Assembly: GCA_030674475.1 (NCBI GenBank) | Contig: JAUSCZ010000035.1 | Coordinates: 6,432-70,431, forward strand | Source: Candidatus Omnitrophota bacterium | Lineage (GTDB): Bacteria > Omnitrophota > Gorgyraeia > Gygaellales > UBA12090 | Direction: 5' to 3' | Length of the DNA: 64,000 nt | Shown: one piece after another, positions 1-7,615 of the stretch | Layout of the letters: each line of letters starts with the position of its first letter | Position numbering within the stretch: the first letter of the stretch is position 1 | Program-made: the position numbers and the translations under genes | Notes under the pieces: model-generated | The model's database searches: none | Seen by the model: the letters and a program-made list of their open reading frames with translations, nothing else | What the model was told of the DNA's origin: nothing

Positions 1-720
1 TTCTAAGTTAGTGTTGGCGCTTAACTCATAGCCCGCGTTTATGCCGCCTAACGTTGTATCGTCATTTAAGGTAGAAACATTTTCCGCAATCTTGGCATAG
101 ATTAAATCCAGGATTAAAGGATTGTAATCTAACCTGGCGCGGATGGCATCAAAAGACTTACGGCTGCTCAAATCGCCTTCGGCTAAACTGGAAGCTAAAG
201 CGATTCCATTGGTATCGGGATCACCCACAATCCAGCCATTACCAAAGCGCAGTTCCTGACGGCCTACGGTCAAGGTCATAGCCGGAGTAAGAAACTCTCT
301 TAAGGTAATAGAAGCTAAATCCAGATCAAATTGCCTTTCAGTAGCGGCAGCGTTTGCTGTAGTGAAACCAATATTTCTATTGCTTCCGGTAGTACCAGTA
401 GCACTATCACCATTCCAGTTTCTCTCATTGATTAACCGGACGCTGGTAGAAACATTATCGGTCAGGTCAGCATCAACTTTTACCCGGGTAATCGAGAGAA
501 AATCGCTCTGGTTATCCTGATTACTGTTTGCTCCTACAGAATTAGCCACACTACTGCTTTTATCTAAACTGCTTTTATCTAAATCCAAATTGCTACGGGC
601 TACCCCGGACACATTAATATCACCGCTGATCTTTACATTTTGCACCGCGGCAAATGCCGGCAGAGCCACAAAGCCTGCTAAGGCCACTAAGCATAAACCT
701 AATCCTATGCGTCTTACCAT
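1..720 (-). CDS. Outer-membrane beta-barrel/porin, alginate-export-like (runs off the window start; not in the ORF track)
   Basis: Manual translation from ATG 720 (GGAGG RBS upstream): MVRRIGLGLCLVALAGFVALPAFA|AVQNVKISGDI...TLTVGRQELRFGNGWIVGD...SFDAIR. Signal peptide plus a GRQE-type motif seen in alginate export barrels. Confidence 0.75.
   Translation of the reverse strand, partial: MVRRIGLGLCLVALAGFVALPAFAAVQNVKISGDINVSGVARSNLDLDKSSLDKSSSVANSVGANSNQDNQSDFLSITRVKVDADLTDNVSTSVRLINERNWNGDSATGTTGSNRNIGFTTANAAATERQFDLDLASITLREFLTPAMTLTVGRQELRFGNGWIVGDPDTNGIALASSLAEGDLSSRKSFDAIRARLDYNPLILDLIYAKIAENVSTLNDDTTLGGINAGYELSANTNLE
553..582. repeat. In-frame 15-bp tandem duplication (LDKSS x2) in the porin gene
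   Basis: ACTGCTTTTATCTAA at 553-567 and 568-582. Confidence 0.85.
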
Positions 721-994
721 TTGCTTGCCTCCTTTTTGGTTTGTATCTGTATTCCTATTTTCATTAATATGTATTTTCATCTTTTTATTTATTTCCACGC
801 GAGCTATTTAGACTCGCGGATTATTTTTAAAAGACCTTTATATCGTAATGCTGGCTTCCTTGATAGTTACCGGCTTTTGATTTATCATCCTCCTTTTCGC
901 CTGTAAGATTATAACTATCCCAGCACTATAATTGTTCTATTTTTATCATACCGTAGAGGCTTTGTCAAGAGAAAAATGAAAAAATTTGATTTTT

Positions 995-1027
995 CCCCTC
1001 ACCTAACCTCTCCCACAAGGGGAGAGG
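995..1027. repeat. REP-like hairpin, family A (CCCCTC...CCTCTCCC-loop-GGGAGAGG)
   Basis: cccctcacctaacctctcccacaaggggagagg; relatives at 1205, 4112, 5053, 5133, 11736, 15792, 62823. Confidence 0.8.
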
Positions 1028-1051
1028 AAACGGTTACAAAAAAATGATTTT

Positions 1052-1696
1052 TTATTCTTCCAACCTTTTTTGCTTTCTCTCTTTAGTTATTTTATTTTTA
1101 AGCTCGGCCTCTTCAGCCTCAAGTTGTTTTTCTTTAAGCTCAGGCATTGATGCCACCAGCTCAGCGCATCTGTCCTGGGCCTTTTTTCTCCAGGGGTCAT
1201 CCTCAATTACCTCCCCTACCCCTCCTTGTTAAGGAGGGGATAAGAAATCCTCCCTTAAGCCCATCTCCGCTCTCTTGGCCCAATAGGAAACAGCCTTATC
1301 CATTTGGTTTTGGCTTTCGTAAAACAAGGCTAAGTTAGCATACGGCCCGGTAAGCTCCTGATCCAGCTTGATTGCCGTTAAATAGGCCTTCTCGGCAAGT
1401 TCCGGAGAATCCATAGTTTCATGCATTATACCTATATCATTATAAGCGGCGGCTAAGGACGGATCTATTTCTATTGCCTTCTGAAATAAGCTTAGGGCTA
1501 CCTCTATATTTCCCGACTTCTGTAATCTTAAGCCATCCAGGCGATACATTCTGGCCTGTTTTTGAGATTCACTCAGCTTGGTTTCGCTCGCTAAGGGCGG
1601 GTTCGGTTCATCCGCGAAAATAAAACCAGCGCGGAAACTAAAAAAAATGTTTACCGCGCTGATTACCAAAATCATCCGGTAATGTCTTTTCAGCAT
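1052..1696 (-). CDS. TPR-repeat exported protein interrupted by an in-frame family-A hairpin containing TAA (1229-1231)
   Basis: TPR motifs (A...FQKAIEIDP...AYNDIG). The frame stays open for 58 codons past the internal TAA, to TAA 1052-1054. Confidence 0.75.
1205..1255. repeat. Family A hairpin inserted in the TPR gene
   Basis: 1205-1249 matches intergenic 5053-5097 at 44/45 nt. Confidence 0.85.
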
Positions 1697-1702
1697 AGCT
1701 TA

Positions 1703-1731
1703 ACTATAATAATTTAAGATAGTTTTGTCAA
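1703..1731 (-). promoter_or_regulatory. Sigma70 promoter, probably giving a leaderless mRNA
   Basis: TTGACA-17nt-TATAGT, then 6 nt, then ATG 1696. Confidence 0.7.
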
Positions 1732-1765
1732 GTAAAATCTGCCTCTGGCGCTTAGATTTTACTTG

Positions 1766-1785
1766 CCTGCCTGCCGGCAGGCAGG
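1766..1785. repeat. 20-bp perfect palindrome CCTGCCTGCCGGCAGGCAGG
   Basis: Identical copies at 3490-3509 and 22333-22352; variants at 15549-15568 and near 13692. Confidence 0.9.
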
Positions 1786-1819
1786 ATTCTGAGCTCTGCG
1801 AAGAATCTTAAAAAGCGGA

Positions 1820-2296
1820 TTATTTTATCGGCTTATCGGTTTTGCGCGGAGAGGCCTGGGACTTGGGGGCGATGGATACGGTTATGACTGAGCGGTTATC
1901 CTTACCTTCAACAGTAATAATACAGGCTTCCTGATCCTTCTCAAAGCTAAGCAGGCGCCTTTCGTATTCCACTATATTAACCAGATTCCAGCCATACATC
2001 GGCATCTGCTCTTTAAAAAAGACAATCACCTGGTCTCCGCCGCCTTTACCTTTATACCTTAATAATCCGGCCCGGAAATTAGTGCTCTGGAAGGCGTAAG
2101 ATTCCTCAGGGACAAAAACAAATCCGGCCGGCACCGGCACATCCTGCATCTTCAACATTGCCGCCGGCTCAAGAGAGGGAACCTGGGTGGGGTCTGACCT
2201 GCCCCTTGAGGTAGAGACACAGCCGGATAAAGATAAAACGAGAATAAAAATTAAAATACAAACTAAACTGCTGAATTTATAATTTGTCCGCGGCAT
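1820..2296 (-). CDS. Hypothetical lipoprotein
   Basis: Hydrophobic signal with an LSGC lipobox; GGAGG RBS. Confidence 0.7.
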   Translation of the reverse strand: MPRTNYKFSSLVCILIFILVLSLSGCVSTSRGRSDPTQVPSLEPAAMLKMQDVPVPAGFVFVPEESYAFQSTNFRAGLLRYKGKGGGDQVIVFFKEQMPMYGWNLVNIVEYERRLLSFEKDQEACIITVEGKDNRSVITVSIAPKSQASPRKTDKPIK

Positions 2297-2348
2297 TCTT
2301 ATCCTCCTTTAATAACCTACTTCAGATCAACGAGGGTCAACGTGTAGT

Positions 2349-2403
2349 GTAGGGGTCAGCGTAAGCTGACCCTGCAATGTCGCTGCCTTACGGCAGCCGC
2401 TAC
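2349..2403. repeat. GTAG-type REP-like hairpin pair
   Basis: gtaggggtcagcgtaagctgaccc ... gctgccttacggcagccgctac. Confidence 0.6.
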
Positions 2404-2428
2404 TATATGAAATGAACATAATTTAGTA

Positions 2429-3076
2429 TTATAACAATTTCTCCAGGAATGTCTTTTGAACAGCGTAAATCCTCTCTATCTCGTCTTCCTTAAGCCCGGC
2501 TGAGAGGGCGGCATTCTTTAAGTCATTTATGGATAAAATGTCTTCCGGTTTATGGCTGTCGTTGTCAATAATTAAGTTAGCTCCGGTTTTTCTGGCTATT
2601 TCCACTATATGAGAATTGCCCTGAGAATGGCCTCTGCGGGTAGTTATTTCCAGGAAGATGCCTTTTTCTTTGGCCAGCAAAGCGTCGGCTTCGCTGATAT
2701 TACCCGGATGGGCCAGGATATTGATATCCGAAAGCAGGGCCGCCCGGTTGGTTCCTATAGTTACCGGTTCAACCGGAGATTCTCCGTGGCCGATAATAAT
2801 TTTTATTCCCGCTTTTCGGGCAAACTTAGTCAAAGGTAAAAATTGTTCTAAAGGGATATGGGTCAACTCTACTCCGGGAAGCACTTTTATCTTGGAGCCT
2901 TTAGGCCAGTTTTGACAAAATTCAATTATGGCCCGGGTGTTGGTTTTGATATTACTATAATCACCGTGGTCGGTAATGGCGATTATTTGATAACCCTTTT
3001 CTTCGTAACGCCGGGCAATCTCAGAAGGCAGTAAACAGCCGTCGCTGAGCAGGGAATGAGTATGGAGGTCATACAT
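2429..3076 (-). CDS. PHP-family metallophosphoesterase (histidinol-phosphatase-like)
   Basis: DLHTHS, ITDH, GVE, LAHP and NDSH metal-binding motifs. Confidence 0.85.
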   Translation of the reverse strand: MYDLHTHSLLSDGCLLPSEIARRYEEKGYQIIAITDHGDYSNIKTNTRAIIEFCQNWPKGSKIKVLPGVELTHIPLEQFLPLTKFARKAGIKIIIGHGESPVEPVTIGTNRAALLSDINILAHPGNISEADALLAKEKGIFLEITTRRGHSQGNSHIVEIARKTGANLIIDNDSHKPEDILSINDLKNAALSAGLKEDEIERIYAVQKTFLEKLL

Positions 3077-3093
3077 CTTTTAGTTTTTTCTTA

Positions 3094-3148
3094 GTAAGGG
3101 CGGGTTCGAACCCGCCCTTACGATAGTGGGGTTCGAACCCGCCCCTAC
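3094..3148. repeat. Family B palindromes (GTAGGGGCGGGTTCGAACCCGCCCCTAC type), two copies
   Basis: 28-bp perfect palindrome at 3094-3121 and a partial copy at 3126-3148; relatives at 5742 and 22370. Confidence 0.85.
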
Positions 3149-3156
3149 TGTATTAC

Positions 3157-3229
3157 TGCCCCTGGCAAGAATCGAACTTGCCCACGCGGTTTAGGAAACC
3201 AATGCTCTATCCTTATGAGCTACAGGGGC
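3157..3229 (-). tRNA. tRNA-Arg(CCT), no encoded CCA
   Basis: GCCCCTG acceptor stem, D arm, anticodon loop TTCCTAA, GCAAG-TTCGATT-CTTGC T arm; top anticodon-stem pair mismatched. Confidence 0.85.
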
Positions 3230-3466
3230 GGGAATACATCGTTTTAGGCGCTCTCTATTAAATCCTGATTTTAAAGCTTTTTCACGTGCTCTGGCAGCTT
3301 TACGTGAATCTAATTCTTCGTAACGCAGTAAAACCCATGGTTTAAAAAATTTTGTAGATTTTGTTTTTCCAGCATTATGTTCTTTTATTCTCGTGTTAAG
3401 ATTTTGAGTTAATCCTATATATATTCTATTATGCTTAACAGATCGCAATACATATACATAGTACAT
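3191..3466 (-). CDS. Stand-alone GIY-YIG nuclease overlapping tRNA-Arg
   Basis: YYVYVL...IYIGLT...R...H...E motif; the last 13 codons, including the stop, lie inside the tRNA. Confidence 0.9.
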   Translation of the reverse strand: MYYVYVLRSVKHNRIYIGLTQNLNTRIKEHNAGKTKSTKFFKPWVLLRYEELDSRKAARAREKALKSGFNRERLKRCIPAPVAHKDRALVS

Positions 3467-3478
3467 TTTATTTTATAG

Positions 3479-3531
3479 AGCCACTGCTCCCTGCCTGCCG
3501 GCAGGCAGGTATCCTTATGAGCTACAGGGGC
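3479..3531 (-). pseudogene. Duplicated 5' half of tRNA-Arg, disrupted by the 20-bp palindrome
   Basis: GCCCCTGTAGCTCATAAGGATA[CCTGCCTGCCGGCAGGCAGG]GAGCAGTGGCT; matches the intact tRNA 5' end through GAGCA once the palindrome is removed. Confidence 0.85.
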
Positions 3532-3537
3532 GGGCGG

Positions 3538-4071
3538 TTATTCGCCTTCAAAATGCACTAAGGAAACAATGGGGTAGTTTTTGAGCTTCTCTCTTCCTTT
3601 TAAGTCAACCAGCTCAATCACAAAGGCCAGGCCAACCACCTTAGCCCCTTGAGCTTCAACTAAGTCTGCCACCGCCCTGACTGTGCCTCCGGTAGCCAGC
3701 AAATCATCAATGATTAAAACCTTATCCCCCGGATTTAAGGCGTCCTGGTGGATTTCCAGGGTATCCGTGCCGTATTCCAAATTATAGGTAATACCTTTGG
3801 TCTTGGCGGGAAGCTTTCCTTTTTTGCGGACAGGGATGAAGCCAAGATTAAGCCTGGTGGCCAAGGCCCCACCGAAGATAAAACCCCGAGCCTCAACCCC
3901 CACCACGTAATCAATTTTTTCCTGGGCGAATTTCTGAGCAATAAGTTCTACAGACTCCTTAAATGCCTTTTTGTCTTTGATTAAGGTAGTGATATCCCGG
4001 AATAAAATTCCCGGTTTGGGAAAATCCGGAATGCTGCGAATGCTTTTAGCTAAGTCAACTTTCTCAGGCAT
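3538..4071 (-). CDS. apt: Adenine phosphoribosyltransferase
   Basis: IPDFPKPGILFRDIT, GVEARGF and IIDDLLATGGT; start moved to ATG 4071 behind GGAGG. Confidence 0.95.
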   Translation of the reverse strand: MPEKVDLAKSIRSIPDFPKPGILFRDITTLIKDKKAFKESVELIAQKFAQEKIDYVVGVEARGFIFGGALATRLNLGFIPVRKKGKLPAKTKGITYNLEYGTDTLEIHQDALNPGDKVLIIDDLLATGGTVRAVADLVEAQGAKVVGLAFVIELVDLKGREKLKNYPIVSLVHFEGE

Positions 4072-4111
4072 ATTTGGCCTCCATATCGTTGACGACAAAA
4101 CTACTTTTCTT

Positions 4112-4156
4112 ACCCCTCCCCGCCTCCCCTTGGTAAGGGGAGGATTTCTTCCCCGC
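4112..4156. repeat. Family A hairpin; 45-bp inverted partner of 5133-5177
   Basis: 44/45 identity to the reverse complement of 5133-5177; 4111-4150 is identical to 15831-15870. Confidence 0.9.
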
Positions 4157-4179
4157 TTGAAATTCCAAAAAACTATGAA

Positions 4180-5034
4180 TTAATTCTTCCTTGGCTTAAC
4201 GCAGGATTCCCGGAGGACGAGTTTGGCCGGCAATACTGTTTTTACCGGCAGTTTGGCCTTGCCCTGGGAAATCTGGTGCAGGGTTTCTAATCCCAACTGG
4301 CCCATCTCGACAATCGGCTGTCTCACTGTGGTCAGGCCGACTGAAGAATACATCGCCACCGGATTATCGTCAAAACCGACTATGGAAAGGTCCTCCGGAA
4401 TAGCTAAGCCCTCTTTTTTGGCCAGGTCTATGGCCTCTAAGGCCATAACATCGGAGGCGGCGAATATGGCGGTGGGCCTGGTGTTTAGATGCAGAAGTTT
4501 TTCCGCGGACTGGCGGGCCGGGGTGCGCAGAAAATTACCTATGGTAATATACTCGTCCTTTAAGGGAATATTATGTTTGGCCAGGGCTTCTTTATAGCCT
4601 TTAAGCCTGGCCTTTCCCGCTTGAGTGCTTAGGTCTCCGGCAATGGTGGCGATCTTTTTATGGCCTAACTTTATAAGATATTCCATCGCCTCCAGGGCCG
4701 CTTTTTCGTTATCTATTGAAATACAGTTTATGTTTTCCGTAAAGTGGTTATTCAGGACTAAATAAGGAATGCCTTTGGCAATTACCTTTAATAAGGTGGC
4801 CTTGTCTCCGTTGATGTCGGCAAACAAAATCCCGTCAATATAGCTTGAGTTTAAAATCGGCCAGCTCAGCCAGTCTTCATGCTGGAGCCTTTCGGTGATA
4901 TGAATAATTACATCCGCTTTCAGGTGGCTGGCTGAAAGGCTTACCCCTTTAATGATCTCCGAGGCGTAAAAAGAATGCAGGACATCCTCAAAGCGGGGAA
5001 CTATCAGAGCAAAGGCTGTGGGTTTGGTTTTCAT
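4180..5034 (-). CDS. LacI/GalR-type ligand-binding domain protein lacking the N-terminal HTH
   Basis: YLIKLGHKKIA, PTAIFAASDVMA, IPEDLSIVGFDD, LTTVRQP; no HTH before ALIVP. Confidence 0.85.
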   Translation of the reverse strand: MKTKPTAFALIVPRFEDVLHSFYASEIIKGVSLSASHLKADVIIHITERLQHEDWLSWPILNSSYIDGILFADINGDKATLLKVIAKGIPYLVLNNHFTENINCISIDNEKAALEAMEYLIKLGHKKIATIAGDLSTQAGKARLKGYKEALAKHNIPLKDEYITIGNFLRTPARQSAEKLLHLNTRPTAIFAASDVMALEAIDLAKKEGLAIPEDLSIVGFDDNPVAMYSSVGLTTVRQPIVEMGQLGLETLHQISQGKAKLPVKTVLPAKLVLRESCVKPRKN

Positions 5035-5052
5035 TATTATCTCCTGGTCTTA

Positions 5053-5177
5053 AATTACCTCCCCTACCCCTCCTTGTAAAGGAGGGGATAAGAAATCTTC
5101 CTCTTAGTACCGCCGCTGGCGGGGCAAGCAGGGCGGGGAAGAAATCCTCCCCTTACCAAGGGGAGGCGGGGTGGGGT
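5053..5177. repeat. Cluster of family A hairpins plus a CCGCC-GGCGG hairpin
   Basis: Two family A units in inverted orientation around ccgccgctggcgg. Confidence 0.8.
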
Positions 5178-5217
5178 TAAAAAAGTGGCTTTACAGTAAA
5201 CGAATTAATTTACCCAA

Positions 5218-5820
5218 TCAAAACTTTTCCCGGCTCGGTCGGGATCCCGATACTGCGTCGGGAAAAGAACCTAATTTATTAATAACCCAGCTGGTTTTTT
5301 TGAGTTCTTCCCATTGGACTGGCGAAGACAGCCCTCCCCAGGAAGCAATCAAAAGAGATATCCGGATAATCCAGCCTAAGGTGTTTATTTCTTTATGCAA
5401 GGCTACAGATAAAATTATATTGGTGATAATCGCGCTTAAGACAATAAAACTGCCGGTTTGGACCGGCAAGAAATACAATTCTTTCTTTAAGCCCTGGGCA
5501 TTATCCACCAGCGCGCTGGTTTTGGCGCAGGTGGTTATCTTATCCTGCCAGGAATAAAAAAGCCTGGAGATTTTTTTTACTACCGCGCTATTCTCTAAGA
5601 TTGCCGGATTAGGCTGGTCGTTTATCTCGGTTATCCTGCCTAAAAAACTGTATCTGAAATTGGTCTTGGTTCCTTGCCAAAACCGCTTGAGTGTTTTATG
5701 AATTTGACTGTTTTGGTATATTTTATCAAACCTGGATTCCAGTAGGGGCGAGTTCGAACCCGCCCCTCCAACGATGTTTTTTATAGTCCGGATTGTCTGG
5801 CTGCTCTGAGTAAGGTTCAT
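5218..5820 (-). CDS. Hypothetical membrane protein with two in-frame palindrome-derived segments
   Basis: Two C-terminal hydrophobic helices; family B palindrome at 5742-5769 and a TCCCGA palindrome at 5224-5267. Confidence 0.6.
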   Translation of the reverse strand: MNLTQSSQTIRTIKNIVGGAGSNSPLLESRFDKIYQNSQIHKTLKRFWQGTKTNFRYSFLGRITEINDQPNPAILENSAVVKKISRLFYSWQDKITTCAKTSALVDNAQGLKKELYFLPVQTGSFIVLSAIITNIILSVALHKEINTLGWIIRISLLIASWGGLSSPVQWEELKKTSWVINKLGSFPDAVSGSRPSREKF

Positions 5821-5825
5821 ATAAA

Positions 5826-6497
5826 TTATTTTTGTTTTTGTTTTGTTTCGCCTTGAGAAGATTCAATCATCCTGATTCTTTCTTTTAGGATGCCGATCTC
5901 CTGGTTCAGGAGGGATATTTTTTGCTCTAAGGGCATAAGCGCATCTTTTATCTTATCGCCGGCTTCCGGCGCTACGACCACGCCCGCCACAGGCAGATAC
6001 AACGCCTCTAATTTATACTTAGCGCTGATAAAATCAATCATAGAATTGGCTTTAATTGGTTTTCCTTTATAGTATAAGACATTATCCTTAAATTCCGCTT
6101 TTATTCTAAGCAGAGCGGGAATTTTCTTGAGCACCGGGTCGTCCTTAATTAATTTTTGTTGTTCTCCCAGATCAATCTCGTAAGCTACAGGGACAGCTTT
6201 GCCTAAAGAAATAATCTCGGCGATAACCTCGCCTTTTTCATTTACTTCCCGATCCCCTTTTGCAATGAGCCTGGCAGTTTCCGGATCCAGCTTATTTAAA
6301 ATAAAATTAAGCTCGGTTTCGATAAATGTTTTAGGAATTTCAACTGCCGGCACAGGCGTATTCTGGGGAGGTTTTTTATTAAAGATTTTATAGCCGAAGT
6401 AAAACATCGGGGTTAGGCAAAGAAAAAACAAAAGCACCAGAAAATCAATCACATTTATCTTGCCGAATAATTTTCCTTTTTCGTCAATAATTTTCAA
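5826..6497 (-). CDS. DUF4330-like membrane-anchored protein
   Basis: IIDEKGKLFGKINVIDF N-terminal signature followed by a TM helix. Confidence 0.7.
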   Translation of the reverse strand: MKIIDEKGKLFGKINVIDFLVLLFFLCLTPMFYFGYKIFNKKPPQNTPVPAVEIPKTFIETELNFILNKLDPETARLIAKGDREVNEKGEVIAEIISLGKAVPVAYEIDLGEQQKLIKDDPVLKKIPALLRIKAEFKDNVLYYKGKPIKANSMIDFISAKYKLEALYLPVAGVVVAPEAGDKIKDALMPLEQKISLLNQEIGILKERIRMIESSQGETKQKQK

Positions 6498-6717
6498 CTG
6501 AAAGTCTCCTTACAAGTGCGATAAATCGCGCCGCTACACGACACGGACGATTCAAGCTCTATTTTCATACTCATTGGTGCCTCGCCTTTGGCGGGGCATG
6601 ACTGTTTCAACTAAAAATCTCCTCTTAAGCGCGATAAATCGCGCCGCTACGGAACGCGGATAACCCAAACTCTATTTTCATCCTCATTGGTGCCTCGCGG
6701 ACAACGGGGGATGATTA
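6492..6717. repeat. Imperfect ~113-bp tandem duplication containing a family C REP (GCGATAAATCGCGCCGCTAC)
   Basis: Units begin at 6492 and 6605 and share tttcaact, gcgataaatcgcgccgctac, ctctattttcat and ctcattggtgcctcgc. Confidence 0.85.
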
Positions 6718-6723
6718 TTTTAT

Positions 6724-7536
6724 TTAACCTTCCTTTTCCTGGGCTGATACTAACTTACGCAGTTTTTTAAGAGCTATCTTTTCAATCTGCCTTATCCTCT
6801 CCCGGGAAACATTTAGTTTTTTGGCTATCTGGGCCAGGGTATGCTGTTTCTCATCCTGCAGGCCAAAACGCAAATCCAAGATCCTGCGTTCGCGCTCAGT
6901 CATATGGTCCAGGAGGCCGCTTATCCTTTCTTTGTCCATAACCTTGGAGATTTTTTCTTGCGGGGATTCGGCATTGGTATCCTCAACCATATCCCTAACC
7001 TTATCCTCCCCTTCTTCCCCGATAGGGGCCTCTAAAGAAGAGGTTTTGGAGACCCAAGAGCTTACCTGTTTGAGTTTCTTCACGGTAACCTTCATTGCCT
7101 TGGCCAACTCATCATCGTTAGGCAGGCGGCCTAATTTCTGGGACAGCGACTCATTAGTCTTTTTCCACTTGTAAATCGTCTCACCCATATACACCGGCAG
7201 GCGAATAAGCCGGGATTGATCCGAGATGGCCCTGCCGATGGCCTGCCTTATCCACCAGGCGGAATAAGTGGAAAAACGGAACCCCCGAAGCGGGTTAAAC
7301 TTATCCACTGCCCGCATCAAGCCCATATTTCCTTCCTCAATCAAATCCATAAGCGGCAGGCCAAAATAAGCATAGCGCTTGGCAATATTGATTACGATCC
7401 GCAGATTCGCGCGGATCATTTGTTTACGCGCCTCTTTATCTCCCCGCTTTACCTTTTTGGCTATCTCCAGCTCTTCCTTAGGGGTAAGCAGGGGAATATT
7501 ACGGATATCTTTCAGATAAGCTTTAAGTGATTCCAT
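6724..7536 (-). CDS. RNA polymerase sigma-70 factor, RpoD/SigA family, lacking region 1.1
   Basis: ANLRIV, DLIEEGNMGLMRAVDKF, FSTYSAWWIRQAI, SRERIRQIE. Confidence 0.9.
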   Translation of the reverse strand: MESLKAYLKDIRNIPLLTPKEELEIAKKVKRGDKEARKQMIRANLRIVINIAKRYAYFGLPLMDLIEEGNMGLMRAVDKFNPLRGFRFSTYSAWWIRQAIGRAISDQSRLIRLPVYMGETIYKWKKTNESLSQKLGRLPNDDELAKAMKVTVKKLKQVSSWVSKTSSLEAPIGEEGEDKVRDMVEDTNAESPQEKISKVMDKERISGLLDHMTERERRILDLRFGLQDEKQHTLAQIAKKLNVSRERIRQIEKIALKKLRKLVSAQEKEG

Positions 7537-7556
7537 GAACCCTCGCTTTGCTCGGG

Positions 7557-7615
7557 AGTTACCAGAGGCCAGTTACCAGAGGCCAGATTTCTCCTGGTTA
7601 CTGGTTTCTGGTTAC
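7557..7615. repeat. Degenerate heptamer tandem tract with an inverted half
   Basis: agttacc/agaggcc x2, then ctggtta/ctggttt/ctggtta. Confidence 0.7.

Noticed and set aside
1229-1231. Genome-wide stop-codon reassignment as the explanation for the internal TAA
   Set aside because: TAA, TAG and TGA all terminate conserved genes at expected positions in this window
590-1338. Short plus-strand ORFs here, and similar antisense ORFs throughout the track
   Set aside because: Shadow frames opposite well-supported genes or repeats, with no RBS or motif support
3230-3480. Group I intron in tRNA-Arg carrying a homing endonuclease
   Set aside because: The ORF fills the interval, leaving no room for a ribozyme core, and the tRNA 5' half is duplicated instead of split
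6492-6717. Possible CRISPR array
   Set aside because: Only two diverged units, no identical repeats with unique spacers, and no cas genes in the window
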